From positions 9,052,001 to 9,116,000 of the forward strand of contig NC_047082.1 in assembly GCF_902459465.1 (NCBI RefSeq): 64,000 nt of DNA, written 5' to 3'. The position numbers were made by a program, and so were the translations under genes. Shown in pieces: positions 23,551-34,221 of the stretch (positions are counted from its first letter, which is position 1; every line of letters starts with the position of its first letter). The notes below the pieces were generated by a model. The model searched no databases, had not been told where the DNA came from, and saw nothing but the letters and a program-made list of their open reading frames with translations. This DNA comes from Asterias rubens. Its lineage: Eukaryota.

Positions 23551-26500
23551 TTATCGGGTGTTACCACCAATGAAGGATCCCAAAGATCGAAAAATTGCTT
23601 TTTTCTCAGTGAAAAGGCGCACCATGAAGGACGAAGGTGTGTTAGGCAAGAAGGTTGAGGGTACGATGCTATAGCTTCCAGGATACAGGGTGAAGCGTCT
23701 ATACACCTGCCTGTAGTTGATGAATGAACCAGATCTACCGACCTCGTCGGCTTGTTCCATCTCGTGTCTACTCTGTGGTCTGCTTGGGTCATCGGTCTGT
23801 GGAAATTGGAAGTACATTAGGCTATTATGTAATAGGTTGTTATAACTAGCATCATCACAGAGCATCACTGAGCTCAATTTCCCGCCTACATGCATCACCG
23901 AGCTGATTCCGCCTCCAAGGTACTTAAACAGCATGCAGCATCAGAGTCCAGCGTTCTCCAGAAGACGATCAGAACATACTGATCGAAGAGTCGAGTTGAA
24001 ACCAACGGTTCTTTTCAGAACCACCCCAACTCATTAAGAGATAGTCATTAATACATGGTGTTACCGCAAACCTTTCCATAACTAGCACCTGGTTATTTAT
24101 CATCTTGCCTGTCTCGCCAACGGCCTGGTCGCTCATCAAGCCTTCGCTCAGCATCTGACACGACTCACCTCATGGTACCTAACTCTCTCAGGCTTCTAAA
24201 GTCTGCCTAATTTTTCTGCCCAAACCTGGAATGCACTGTTCTTTAGAATACAACTATAGGTCACCATCAAGGAACCAATCGTTTGTTTAGGTTGAACGGA
24301 CCTCAACCTAAGACTTCCGGATTACCATGCCGGTGTTGTGTTGCGAGAGATTCTGTCCCCCATTCAGCGAACTGTACGAAAACTTCTTCTGATAGCGACC
24401 TCTTTTGAATCATCCTCATCCAGGTATCCAGCCCAAGTTTATTTCTTATATGGTGGACAGAATCTCTGGGGGGGGGGGCAGATTTACCTGTATGACACTG
24501 GTACTAACTGAGCCATCTAGCCCTAATGTTAGCAGGCTCCCTATTGTGTCAATATCTTTGTTCGTGGTGCCATTCAGAAGCCATACAACTGTGGTATAAC
24601 CAGGGGCCCATTTCATAGAGCTGCTTAAGCAAAACATTTGGTTAAGCACGAAAATAGCTTGCTTATTTTACACATGTTACTGGCCAAAATGTCTACCATA
24701 TACATTGCTTGTGACTGGTATTGAGCTATTGTTTACTTAGCCTAACAATTGAGTGGAGTCTTGGCCGGTATTTTGATTTTACTAAGCATGGATTATTTTG
24801 CCTTTATAAGCAGAATGTTGGGCTTAAGCAGCCCAGTGATCAGTCACAAGTTTACGTTACAACCTGGGGTGCGGCAATAGAGAGATCACAATACATGTAA
24901 GGGAATGTGACCTCGAAGATTCAAGTCCCAGTAGATTTGTCTTCGTTCAATTGAAATTTACTTAAAAGTCTCCCTTGTGGTTTATATACTTCAGATAAAA
25001 GTACCTGAAATATCTTGAAGCCGATTTGATGTCTCTTTGGAGCCAGATTCTTCTTAGAGCGTCGGTACTCCTGCATGACGGCAATAATGATGGAACATTT
25101 CCCTCGCATACTGGAGTCCGATGAATGAGCATCGTCTATTAAAATAAAAAAGTTATCAAAAAACAAAATTTATTGAACACTTTCTTTGTTTATAATCACA
25201 TTGGGACTTATTTTAAAAAGGTAAGCTCTCATTTCAATTCTTAATTTTCCTCTGGAGAGTTGTGGAAGAAACTAAATGCCTAAACTTCCGACTGAGCTTT
25301 TGTTTGTGATTTTTGTTTATTATTTATATTTTTAACTTTTTCAGTGCAGGCTTTTCTTTTGCGCTTCGAACATAAAATTCCCAGTCTTCAAAATTCTGTA
25401 AACCGAAAAAGTCTTTATCGCCAAACAAAACGTATCTTGCTGATTTGTGCTGCCTTGATATACCCCAAAGTCAATAGTATATTTTCATACATAAAGGAAC
25501 CTTGAATTCAATAATGAAAAATTAGTTAATTTGTTTACATAAATAAATCTGGAATATAAATATATAGGAGTCCTCTAACCTGGATGAAGAAGTATGAAAC
25601 TAAACTGGGGATTGTTGTAGAACGTATCATGGTTGGTACATCCTCCAGCACTGACGTTCTTGATCCAGTGTCCTCGCATATCAGCGACGCAAAACCCACC
25701 ACCTGTGCACAAAATCAATTGGATGGATGGTCGTTATTAGTTTTTGAAAGAGTCTTTTTTCAAACAAATCCCCCCTGAACTCTACACCTCGACATTGATT
25801 GTCTCAACTCCTAGAAGGGTTAATTCTAGCTCCTGGCTTGTCGAGGCCAAAATGTATAATCCTTGCTGAACCATGTCTTGGCCACAAGCGGTCATTGCCA
25901 GCCAATGTGTGTAACATATAAGAACCTACTTATTACTGTTGTTATTAGTAATAATTTTGTTTGCATATTGTTTACCTGCTTCATTCATATCTGCTGTTCC
26001 ATCACCATCAAAGTCAGGTCCCAGTGTACACATTATAATCGAGTTGAACTTCTTGCAAAAATCTTCAAAACACATCCTGTATTATTATGAAATATAAAAA
26101 AAAAAATGTATCACAGTAATTAAATAGAATTATTTGAAAGACATTTGTGGCGTGTCCTGGCCTAGCAGTTAAGAGCACCGGACTCAAACTCTGGTGTCTG
26201 ATCAGCATGTGTGGGATTTACTCCCAGTCATGACACCTAGCTGTGTCCTTAAGCAAGAGACTGAGCCAGTGGTCCCATGTCTTAAGTAGCGCATGTAAAA
26301 GAACCCAATGCACTTATCAAAAAGAGAAGGGGTTTGCCCTGGTGTTCCTGGTTTGGTTGGCTGCATGTTGCGCCACAGCACCTTGTAAACCATTACATGG
26401 TGCTATATAAAAGGAGTAGGTCTCATAATTCAAAGGTAGTCCCACATACCTTGCAGCAAATTATCAAATAAAAACAACTTACCAAAACTCTCCATCATCC

Positions 26501-29500
26501 TTCTGCTGGGGGTTCAGTTTTTTAGTGTCGGTTTTTGAAATCTTCTTCCACATTGAGGAACTACATGGAAACGGTAAAATATTTGAAGAATGTTAGTATC
26601 CAGCTCGAGGTTAGGACTGCTTCCGGAAAGCATGAATACTATTATAATCATGTGAGGTTTGTAGTAGCACCCAAAAAAAAACTCTTTTGAGCAGTGTTGG
26701 TTCTAAAAAGAACCGGTGGTTGACAACTCCTCTTTTGCGCAGTGTTGGTTTGGGAAAAAAACGGTGGTTGATTAAAACGCTGATTTGTCAACCCATGATT
26801 TGATTTGTCAAAGAAACGATTCGTCAATAAAAACAAGTTGGTACAAAAATGATTCATCGTTGGGAAAAAGGCAAAGTAATCGTCTATGCTCCAGGAATCG
26901 TACGCTTTGTCCCAGAATGCATACACTTAGTTTTTGTACGTGTCGCTCTAGTCTACAGAAAATTTAATGTGATTTTTGTTTATATAAATGGTTAGACTGG
27001 GTCTCGTAATTAGAAACATAGCTCTGCTTGTTCCGTTGAAAAACAGAATAGGAATCCAATACTTTACACGGAATGTATAAAATAAAATCATTCGTTCCAG
27101 TCTCCAAAAATTATTTTGTATATTTGTGAATGAACAGTTAGACTGGGTCGTATAGCTAGAAACATAACTCTGCTTATCCTGTTAAAAAGCGGAATAGCAA
27201 TCAAAATCTTTATACAAAATGTATATAAATTTGTTTTCGTACTTGTCGCTCCAGTCGCCTTGCCATTCCGTAGCATTTCCCCAAGGGTTCCGAACCCTCA
27301 ACAGCTTCACAACTTTCTTCTTCTTCTCAAGATGAACAACCTGAGCATCGGTGATCGTGTAAGCGTGACCCGAGACAATCCCAGAGTCATCTGCCGTCAC
27401 GTTCTTCCAGTTTGGATTCTACAAGTAATTACAAGTAATTAACATTTCAATAAAAGTTCAAATTGTTGGCTCTAAAGAATGTGGGTACTTTTTGTAGGAC
27501 ACAACACACAATGTCCACAGATTCACATTAAAACTTCCCTGGTTTGAAGATAATGATGGTTGAACGCTTGCCTTAAAGACATGGACACTATTGGTAATTG
27601 TCAAAGACCAGTCTTCTTTACCAGTCTTGCGAGATAATGAAAGAAAAAAACACCCTTGTCACACGAAGTTGTAATCTTTCAGATGCTTGATTTCGAGACC
27701 TCAAAATCTAATTCTGAGGTCTCGAAATCAAATTCGTGGAAAACTACTTCTTTCTCAAAAACTTTGTTACTTCAGAGTGAGCTGTTTCTCACAATTTTTT
27801 TTACTATCAACAGCTCCCCATTACTCGTTACAAAGTAGGGTTTTATGCTAATGATTATTTCGAGTAATTAACCAGTAGTATCCACTGCCTTTTAAATAAT
27901 ATTACTGAAGTGATCACTGAAATTGAATGAGCAATTAAAGAAATGAGAAACACCGCACACACCTTCTGTGAACATGACAGAAAGGCCTGCGTCTTAATTC
28001 CCTGGTAGAGCATGCAGTAGAAATCTGGGGAGACGCTTTCCTGAGTGAATAAGAAGACTTCCGACAGTCCTCCCGTTAGATCCACAAAAGCATCCGCTGC
28101 CATCCCGCCAGCAAGACCCAAGTACGTCCCGTTTAACCTGGCAAATACACATTTTTATTATTCTTTTTAAAGGGTCTATATGTACTTTTTTCTAACACAA
28201 AGTCCACAGTTTGAAGATAATGATAGTAGAAAGCTTCCCTAATATGTTTCTTACTTTGCATATGCCTTTTCCATTAGTGCGGGCCAAAACTCATTCGTCT
28301 CACTCGAAGAAGCAAATCTTAGCTTGTTGTTTCTTGTCGGTAACCTGTCATCAATTACGACGTCGACCCATCGACCAAATCGCCAAAATCGAAAGTGAAT
28401 GGCTCCGATGTAGTTTGGCGGACAGAGGGATTGGTACTCTGGGATTATCTGTAAGGGTGAAAGGGAGATTAAAATGTGCTTTTGCTTTGGCCCACTTGGC
28501 TAGAGTCCGCTCGTAAATATTCAGTACTGTAAAATTTGCATAGATGTCAAAGGTCACACCATGACCAGTGAATCCCCAGGGATAGTGATTTCAATGTTTG
28601 CTCGCAGTATGGCAGCTCCTTTGCACAGTGTGTGTATTTATTGTCTGCAACTCCATGAGGAATACACCATTGTAGATGAATGTCATAAATGTGGAGTACA
28701 TGTAAGATGATAGTCAACTCAAGTCTGACGACTGCTCTTAGAGATTATGGGAAAGCAGAGGCCTTTCTCAAACTGACTTGGGCTCTTTGGAGCGCTATAT
28801 ACAGTTGCCCTGGGGTTGTTTACTCCCCAGGGAGCTGAGAAAGATTAAAGGAATGTTGTTGGCAATCAAGGTCATTATTGTAAAGTGCTTTGAGACGATT
28901 GTGAAATGCGCTAGAACTTTTTAATTTTATTCATTAATTTGTTCACCTTTTTAATGAGATCCTTATGTGGAGCAATCCCAGCACATGAAGCCAGGAACCA
29001 ACAGTCTGCGAGTTCACCTTGGACGACGTCTTCCCGACTCGTACCGTCAACAAACATCCTGGGCTTATCACATATTTCCTGATTTAAGAAAAGATGAACA
29101 AAATTAGTAAAGAAATTTTGTTTTTCATCATTGGTCAGGCCTGGAATTTCATCCTGCGCCTTGAACACCCAGCAGGGTGGATACGTGCGCATTACAAGTC
29201 TTATTATTATCTATTTATAAATATTTATTATTGGGGAGGGCAAGGCCACTTTCATTCTTCAAAGGGCACTTCTATTGACAAATCTTAAAGTCTAAGGCCG
29301 TGTCCGAAACGGCGACTTCGGCTACAGCTACGGCTAGATCGCTCGCGTCTGCCAATTCTTCAACACTGGTAGACGCGCTGATCTAGACGTAGCTGTAGCC
29401 GAAGTCGTCGTTTCGGAGACGGCCCAAGGCAGAACTTTTGGAGGGGCACTAAGCCCAAGACCAGGGGCAACTAGGCCATGACCTCTATGGCCTCCGTGAA

Positions 29501-31167
29501 ATTCAAGTCCTGAAATATTAAATTATTATTCAAACTTCTCCTTTTATAGACCCTGTCGAGTATGTCAACATTGATGAATATGGGACTAATTTCCATCAGT
29601 TTTATAAAACAAGCGTAGGAAAAACTTAAGTGCCTGTCATTTGTGTAGTGCCTACAGTTCATAAGTGACCAACAAATTGTCTTTACAAATTCGTCAACCG
29701 GTAGGGGAGTATACACATTTGGATTGCATGATGCATGATGACAGTAAAAGTGGGCGGGAAACTTACAAATGGCCTCTTCCATTCAGTGTTATCATTTTTG
29801 TTCTCGTCACGAAAGAGAGAAGAGTTGTCGGCTGGAAAATCTGGATCTTCATATAGCTTGCCGTCTGAAATGCTTTTAAATTTCTTCTTAAACGCTTCAT
29901 AATCCTAGAATACAAACAGAGATTATGGGATCAGTATTACAAAGCAGTTTAATTTTTGTTTCATTTATTCTGGTTGTAAAGTCAAGAACTCTCAGAAAAG
30001 CGATCTTATAGGCTCCTAATCTACATATTTGGTAGCCAAGAACCCAATGGAGAAAGGAAGGAAGGAAGTTTCAGATTTAGATGTGGAAGGGAAAACCCCA
30101 AAAGGTATTCTAGGGAAAACCCACGCAGTAAGGTAAGGGACTGAAAACCCAATCCACAATACTGTAGTGCCCCCAGTGGGATTCAAACCGGTGTCCAAGG
30201 TGGACACCAAGGAAAGCTACAACTATGTCATTGCCAACGCAACCACCCAAAGCACTAAGATTCATAAAGGCACTTTTGGGGTAACAAGCTTTGGAAAGCT
30301 GTTGGTATATAATAGTAATAGTACATGTATAAAACATCTTCTGTGAGGAATGGCCCCCCTCTGAAGTAACAGAGTTTTTGAGATAACCATTTGAATTGTA
30401 TTAAAGACCTCAGCTGATGAGGTCTCGCATTCAAGGCATCTCACACAAGGCATCTTTGTGCAAACAGGTGGGTTTTTTTCTTCCATTATTCTCTCGCAAC
30501 TTTGACGACCAATTAAGTTCAAATTTTCACTATGCATGTTGAAACCAAGTGAGAATCGGACAGGGCCATAAAAAAAAATTGAAAAAGGTTATGACAAATT
30601 TCGTACCTCTGTCACTCCAAGAATAAGTGCATGATCCGGGTGTGGTTCCTCTAGCTCTTCCACAGGTTCAGGTTCTCCAGAAAGTTCCCCCGTCTTCCAA
30701 AGCTCCGCCTCATCTTTATCAATCGACAAATATGCGTTCCCATTTCCTGCTGGCTGTGATACCGACTTAGAGCTCGGGTCTTTTGACTTTACTTTCTTTC
30801 CCGTTGGTTTCGGCTTCGGTGAAGTTCTTGATTTTTTTGTTTTAATTGCTGGTTTCGTCGTGGAACTATTTGTCTTGGTTCTCATCCCAGCTGGAAGCGG
30901 AGGTGCCGATGTCTCACTCTTAGCTGGTCGAACCAGAGGAGGATTGATGACAGCGATGCCATGATTGTAACTGGCTAACCCTGGTGGCTGGTTCGGATAC
31001 CAGTAATTCGGACTGGAATTCGAAGAGAAGGAGATCAGTTGCGGTTGGTGGTTCTGCGGTTGATTACCTTGCTGATAATTATTTCGGTAATTTAACTTGC
31101 CGTGTCTTCTACCATAGGTATCGTTGTGGGTTTTAATTGGAGCAGGAGATGATGCACCACATCCCAT
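23551..31167 (-). CDS. Non-classical calpain (CysPc + domain III, N-terminal MGCGAS motif, no PEF domain)
   Basis: In-phase exons 31167-30607, 29904-29767 (LYEDPDFPA...WKRP), 29078-28947 ([11 protein letters not shown]), 28448-28255 ([20 protein letters not shown]...[13 protein letters not shown]), 28137-27963, 27418-27243 (SGHAYTI, RNPWG), 26560-26483 (DDGEFW), 26076-25976, 25702-25580 (SAGGC...NNPQF), 25135-25005 and 23796-23551 (YSIVPSTF). Confidence 0.94.
23956..24028 (+). mobile_element. Penelope-like terminal fragment with a minimal hammerhead-like motif; minus-strand copies 21290-21364 and 45760-45836, tail-only fragments ~26690-26770
   Basis: ctc-CAGAAGA-c-gatcag-aacata-ctgatc-GAAGA-GTC-gag followed by a shared ggttcttttcagaacca tail. 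The fold matches a type I minimal hammerhead layout. Confidence 0.6.
24603..24835. mobile_element. MITE family B (GGCCCAATTTCAT(A/G)GAGCTGCTTAAGC termini); copies 43288-43534, related 43020-43246, partial 47059-47180 and ~57936-58060
   Basis: A shared terminal motif on both ends in inverted orientation, in multiple dispersed copies. Confidence 0.8.
26147..26460 (+). mobile_element. tRNA-derived CORE-like SINE in a calpain intron
   Basis: A-box-like tggcctagcagttaa, degenerate B box, gtgtccttaagcaaga CORE-like segment; same head family as the element at 11450-11598. Confidence 0.7.
29296..29424. mobile_element. Near-perfect palindromic Harbinger-like MITE; relatives 32885-33029 and (more distant) 53088-53257
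   Basis: ggccgtgtccgaaacggcgacttcggctacagctac ... gtagctgtagccgaagtcgtcgtttcggagacggcc forms a ~57-bp stem with a 14-nt loop. Confidence 0.8.
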
Positions 31168-31438
31168 TGTACAAGATGGTTTTCCAGACTTCTTTGAGAT
31201 AGAAGTTTTGAACTCTCAGAAAGTGGAGGTCTCACTTACACAAACACAAGCATACCTTCATGGTTGAGATAGGCCTACACAGACCTGTAATAAAATATAA
31301 AATGATATACAAATCATCAATTTTCAAATATCACTTTAACTGTGAATTTTGAACTTCATTGTTGAATAGTTCATCCATAATTTACAAAACATGGACATAA
31401 AAATAGCCCCTTCCCCTCAACAACAACCCCCCCCCCCC

Positions 31439-31469
<31 letters not shown>

Positions 31470-31790
31470 CTAGCTACTTTTTGTTTGTATACACTATTAT
31501 ACTGTTACTTTACAGCACGGGTGTTTTCATAATTAAAGGGCCTGTACTGTAGCTAACTGACTGTACTGTCGTGAATGTGAAGTGTCTTTGATGAGAAATA
31601 CTTCCTTCTCATTATTAAAAATCGGTCATCAGAGTGACGATGTTCCTGAGATTTTGATAATTCAATATTTCTGAATCTAGGCCTAGCCTGCAAGGAATCA
31701 AGCCCTAGACCTAACAAACATGAGCTAAGCAAGGCACCGTGATGTGGGTAGCTGTTTACATCTAGAAACTATGGCTTCCCCGTGAGAGCC

Positions 31791-32180
31791 TTAAAGGCAG
31801 TGGACACTATTGGTAATTACTCAAAATACTTATTAGCATAAAACCTTTCTTGGTGACAAGTAATGGGGAGAGGTTGATGGTATAAAACATTGTGAGAAAC
31901 GGCTCCCTCTGAAGTACCATAGTTTTTGAGAAAGAAGTAATTTTCCACAAATTTGATTTCGAGACCTCAGATTTAAGACTTGAGGTCTCGATATCAACCA
32001 TCTAAACGCACACAACTTCGTGTGACAAGGGTGTTTTTTTCTTTCATTATTATCTCGCAAGTTTGATGACCGATTGAGCTCAAATTTTCACAGGTTTGTT
32101 ATTTAATTATGCATATGTTGAGATACACCAACTGTGAAGACTGGGCTTTGACAATTACCATTAGTGTCCACTGCCTTTAA
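31791..32180. mobile_element. Kolobok-like MITE family C (~390 bp), the most abundant repeat; copies 27573-27895, 34379-34764, 35783-36165, 45005-45400, 50224-50607, ~50720-51064, 51544-51923, 53678-54040, ~63465-63838; partial ~2085-2337, 5887-6013, 20150-20292, 33135-33337, 55690-55995
   Basis: ttaa-aggcagtggacactattggtaatt ... aattaccaatagtgtcca(c/g)tgcct-ttaa. TTAA duplication plus purine-purine termini fit Kolobok. Internal palindrome gatttcgagacctc...gaggtctcgaaatc. No transposase ORF. Confidence 0.92.
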
Positions 32181-33487
32181 ATAGTTTCTAGAGAAGTAGG
32201 TAGCTATTGAATTAATAAAAGTAGTCTAGCTGGTCACCTTTCTATTGCAATAATATACCTCAGCACCTCACAACAGCTCAGCATAGTCTCCATGATGGAT
32301 AAGTCTTTACTTTGTTTGAAAAATGAAATGGAGCTTTTTCAGCCAAGAAAAACCAAGATTCAAGAAGAAGTTTTAATAAAAATCCGCTGCCAGGAATCAT
32401 GAAATCGACTGATGATCAAACAAATCATAATGTGCCTCCATCGAACTTGTGTCGACTTTTAATAGAATACAAATAATGCGGAGGTGTCCCCTTTTACAGA
32501 TCATTGTTGTGTTTACAAATAAAAATTCTAATTAATAAATATTCTATCTATTATGATACAAATATTAATCAACAAACTGACCGTGCATTTTTCGTTCAAC
32601 GATGTTCAAAGCTCTCTTCCATGATGATGATTCTGCATAGAATTCGTCCTTACTCTATGGTAGAAGAAGTACACAGCTACCCACATCACGTACAGCTCTT
32701 GATCTTTCAATAAATGTCAAGGATCCAATTTCAATATTTCAATATTGATTTTATTGCCGTCAATAAACACTCCCAGAACACAATAAACTGACATTGTGTT
32801 CTCCCATCGCCTAGCTACAGAATTTATCAGCCCTTGCATTATTCCAACAAAAGAGGGCGGTATGTTAATAATACGGTCCCATTAGGGCCCTTTTCGAAAC
32901 TACGGCTTCGGCTTCAGGTTCCGTCCTCTCGTCTGATCTGAAGCCCCGAGTGTGCATATACGCACAGCACAAAAACAGCGGGGCCAGGCTAGCCTGAAGC
33001 CGAGGATGCCGTCGTTTCGGAAAGGACCTATCAAAATCTAAGTAGGATTTGAAACTTTGCACGGTGGAGATAAAATATAGAAGAGTTTGCGGTAACACCA
33101 TGTAATAATCTCTGAATGAGTTGGGATGGTTCTGAAAATCAAAATCTAATTCCGAGGTCTCTAAATCAAATTCAAATAATTTAGTGAAAAATGACTTCTT
33201 TCTCGAAAACTACGTTAATTCACGAGAGAGTAATTTCTCACAATGTTTTATACTCTCAACAGCTCTTCTTTGCTTGTTACCAAGTAAGATTGTATGCTAA
33301 GAATTATTTTGAGTAAGTACCAATAGTGTCCAGTGCAAAAGAAACAAAAGAAACACAACTTTCTTATTCAGTGTTAGCCCTCTTTTATTCTTCAAAATAA
33401 TCCTAGAATAACACAAATCCTTAGCTTTGATTGGTGGAGTTGTTTATTAAAATAGGGACACAACAAGTATTGACTTTGGCTCTATTG

Positions 33488-33702
33488 GGTTAGATTACAC
33501 CGATCCATTAGGCTCCGCCCACGGCGCACGTGTGAGCAAGAACACGCAAGCTTCCCCAATGCCATTCTGCACAACTCTGCCGCGCGCGCTAAGTGTTAGT
33601 GCACGCATGTCAGACTTTATAGTGTCAGACTTTTGGTTGTGCAATGGGTTGTGATTGGTCAATATGCAATGGGGCGGAGCATTATGTATCGGTATGTTCT
33701 AT
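33488..33702. mobile_element. Small MITE with GC-box-bearing TIRs
   Basis: ccgatccattaggctccgccc at the left and gggcggagcattatgtatcgg at the right are inverted copies. Confidence 0.55.
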
Positions 33703-34221
33703 CAAATGAAGGGTGAAAAAAAAATATTAAAAGTCAGACTTTTCTTGAAACAATTATTTTACCATGACCCCTGTTTTCCAGTCATCGTGCTTTACATCCA
33801 TTTAATTTAATTCAAAATCAATAATAAACTCACACAGGAAACTGACTGGGTAAATTTGAAATGATATGGGGTTTAGCAAAGAAAACTTGACAAAAGCAGG
33901 ATTTGAAACATGGCCTCTGGCTGGGACCGCCAACACCGGGCTATGATATCTCAGTTGGTTGAGTGCCGACACGTTAATCCGGATGCTTTGGTACAAATCC
34001 CGCTCTAGTCAATTATTTTACTTTGTTCAACCCCAAATTAATTGAAACCAATCAAACAAAGACGCATATAAAATAGTCAGGCTCCTTATTGTAAATATAT
34101 AAGTACTTGTATTCACTATATATGGATACAGGGAATTTGACCAAAATGGTTGCTGAGTGACAGAGGTCTATACAAAAGAGTATAAAGGGCCGTTTGTTGA
34201 CTCTAATCTGTCTGAAGCTGC

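Noticed and set aside
26648-26926. 92-aa [24 protein letters not shown] as an extra calpain exon
   Set aside because: Flanking exons 27243 and 26560 already join in phase with the canonical WSD..W...DDGEFW spacing; the ORF overlaps degenerate repeats.
28911-29192. Full 93-aa ORF as coding
   Set aside because: Only 29078-28947 is exon; the rest is intron read-through, since the upstream exon ending KRPF joins directly to EICDKP.
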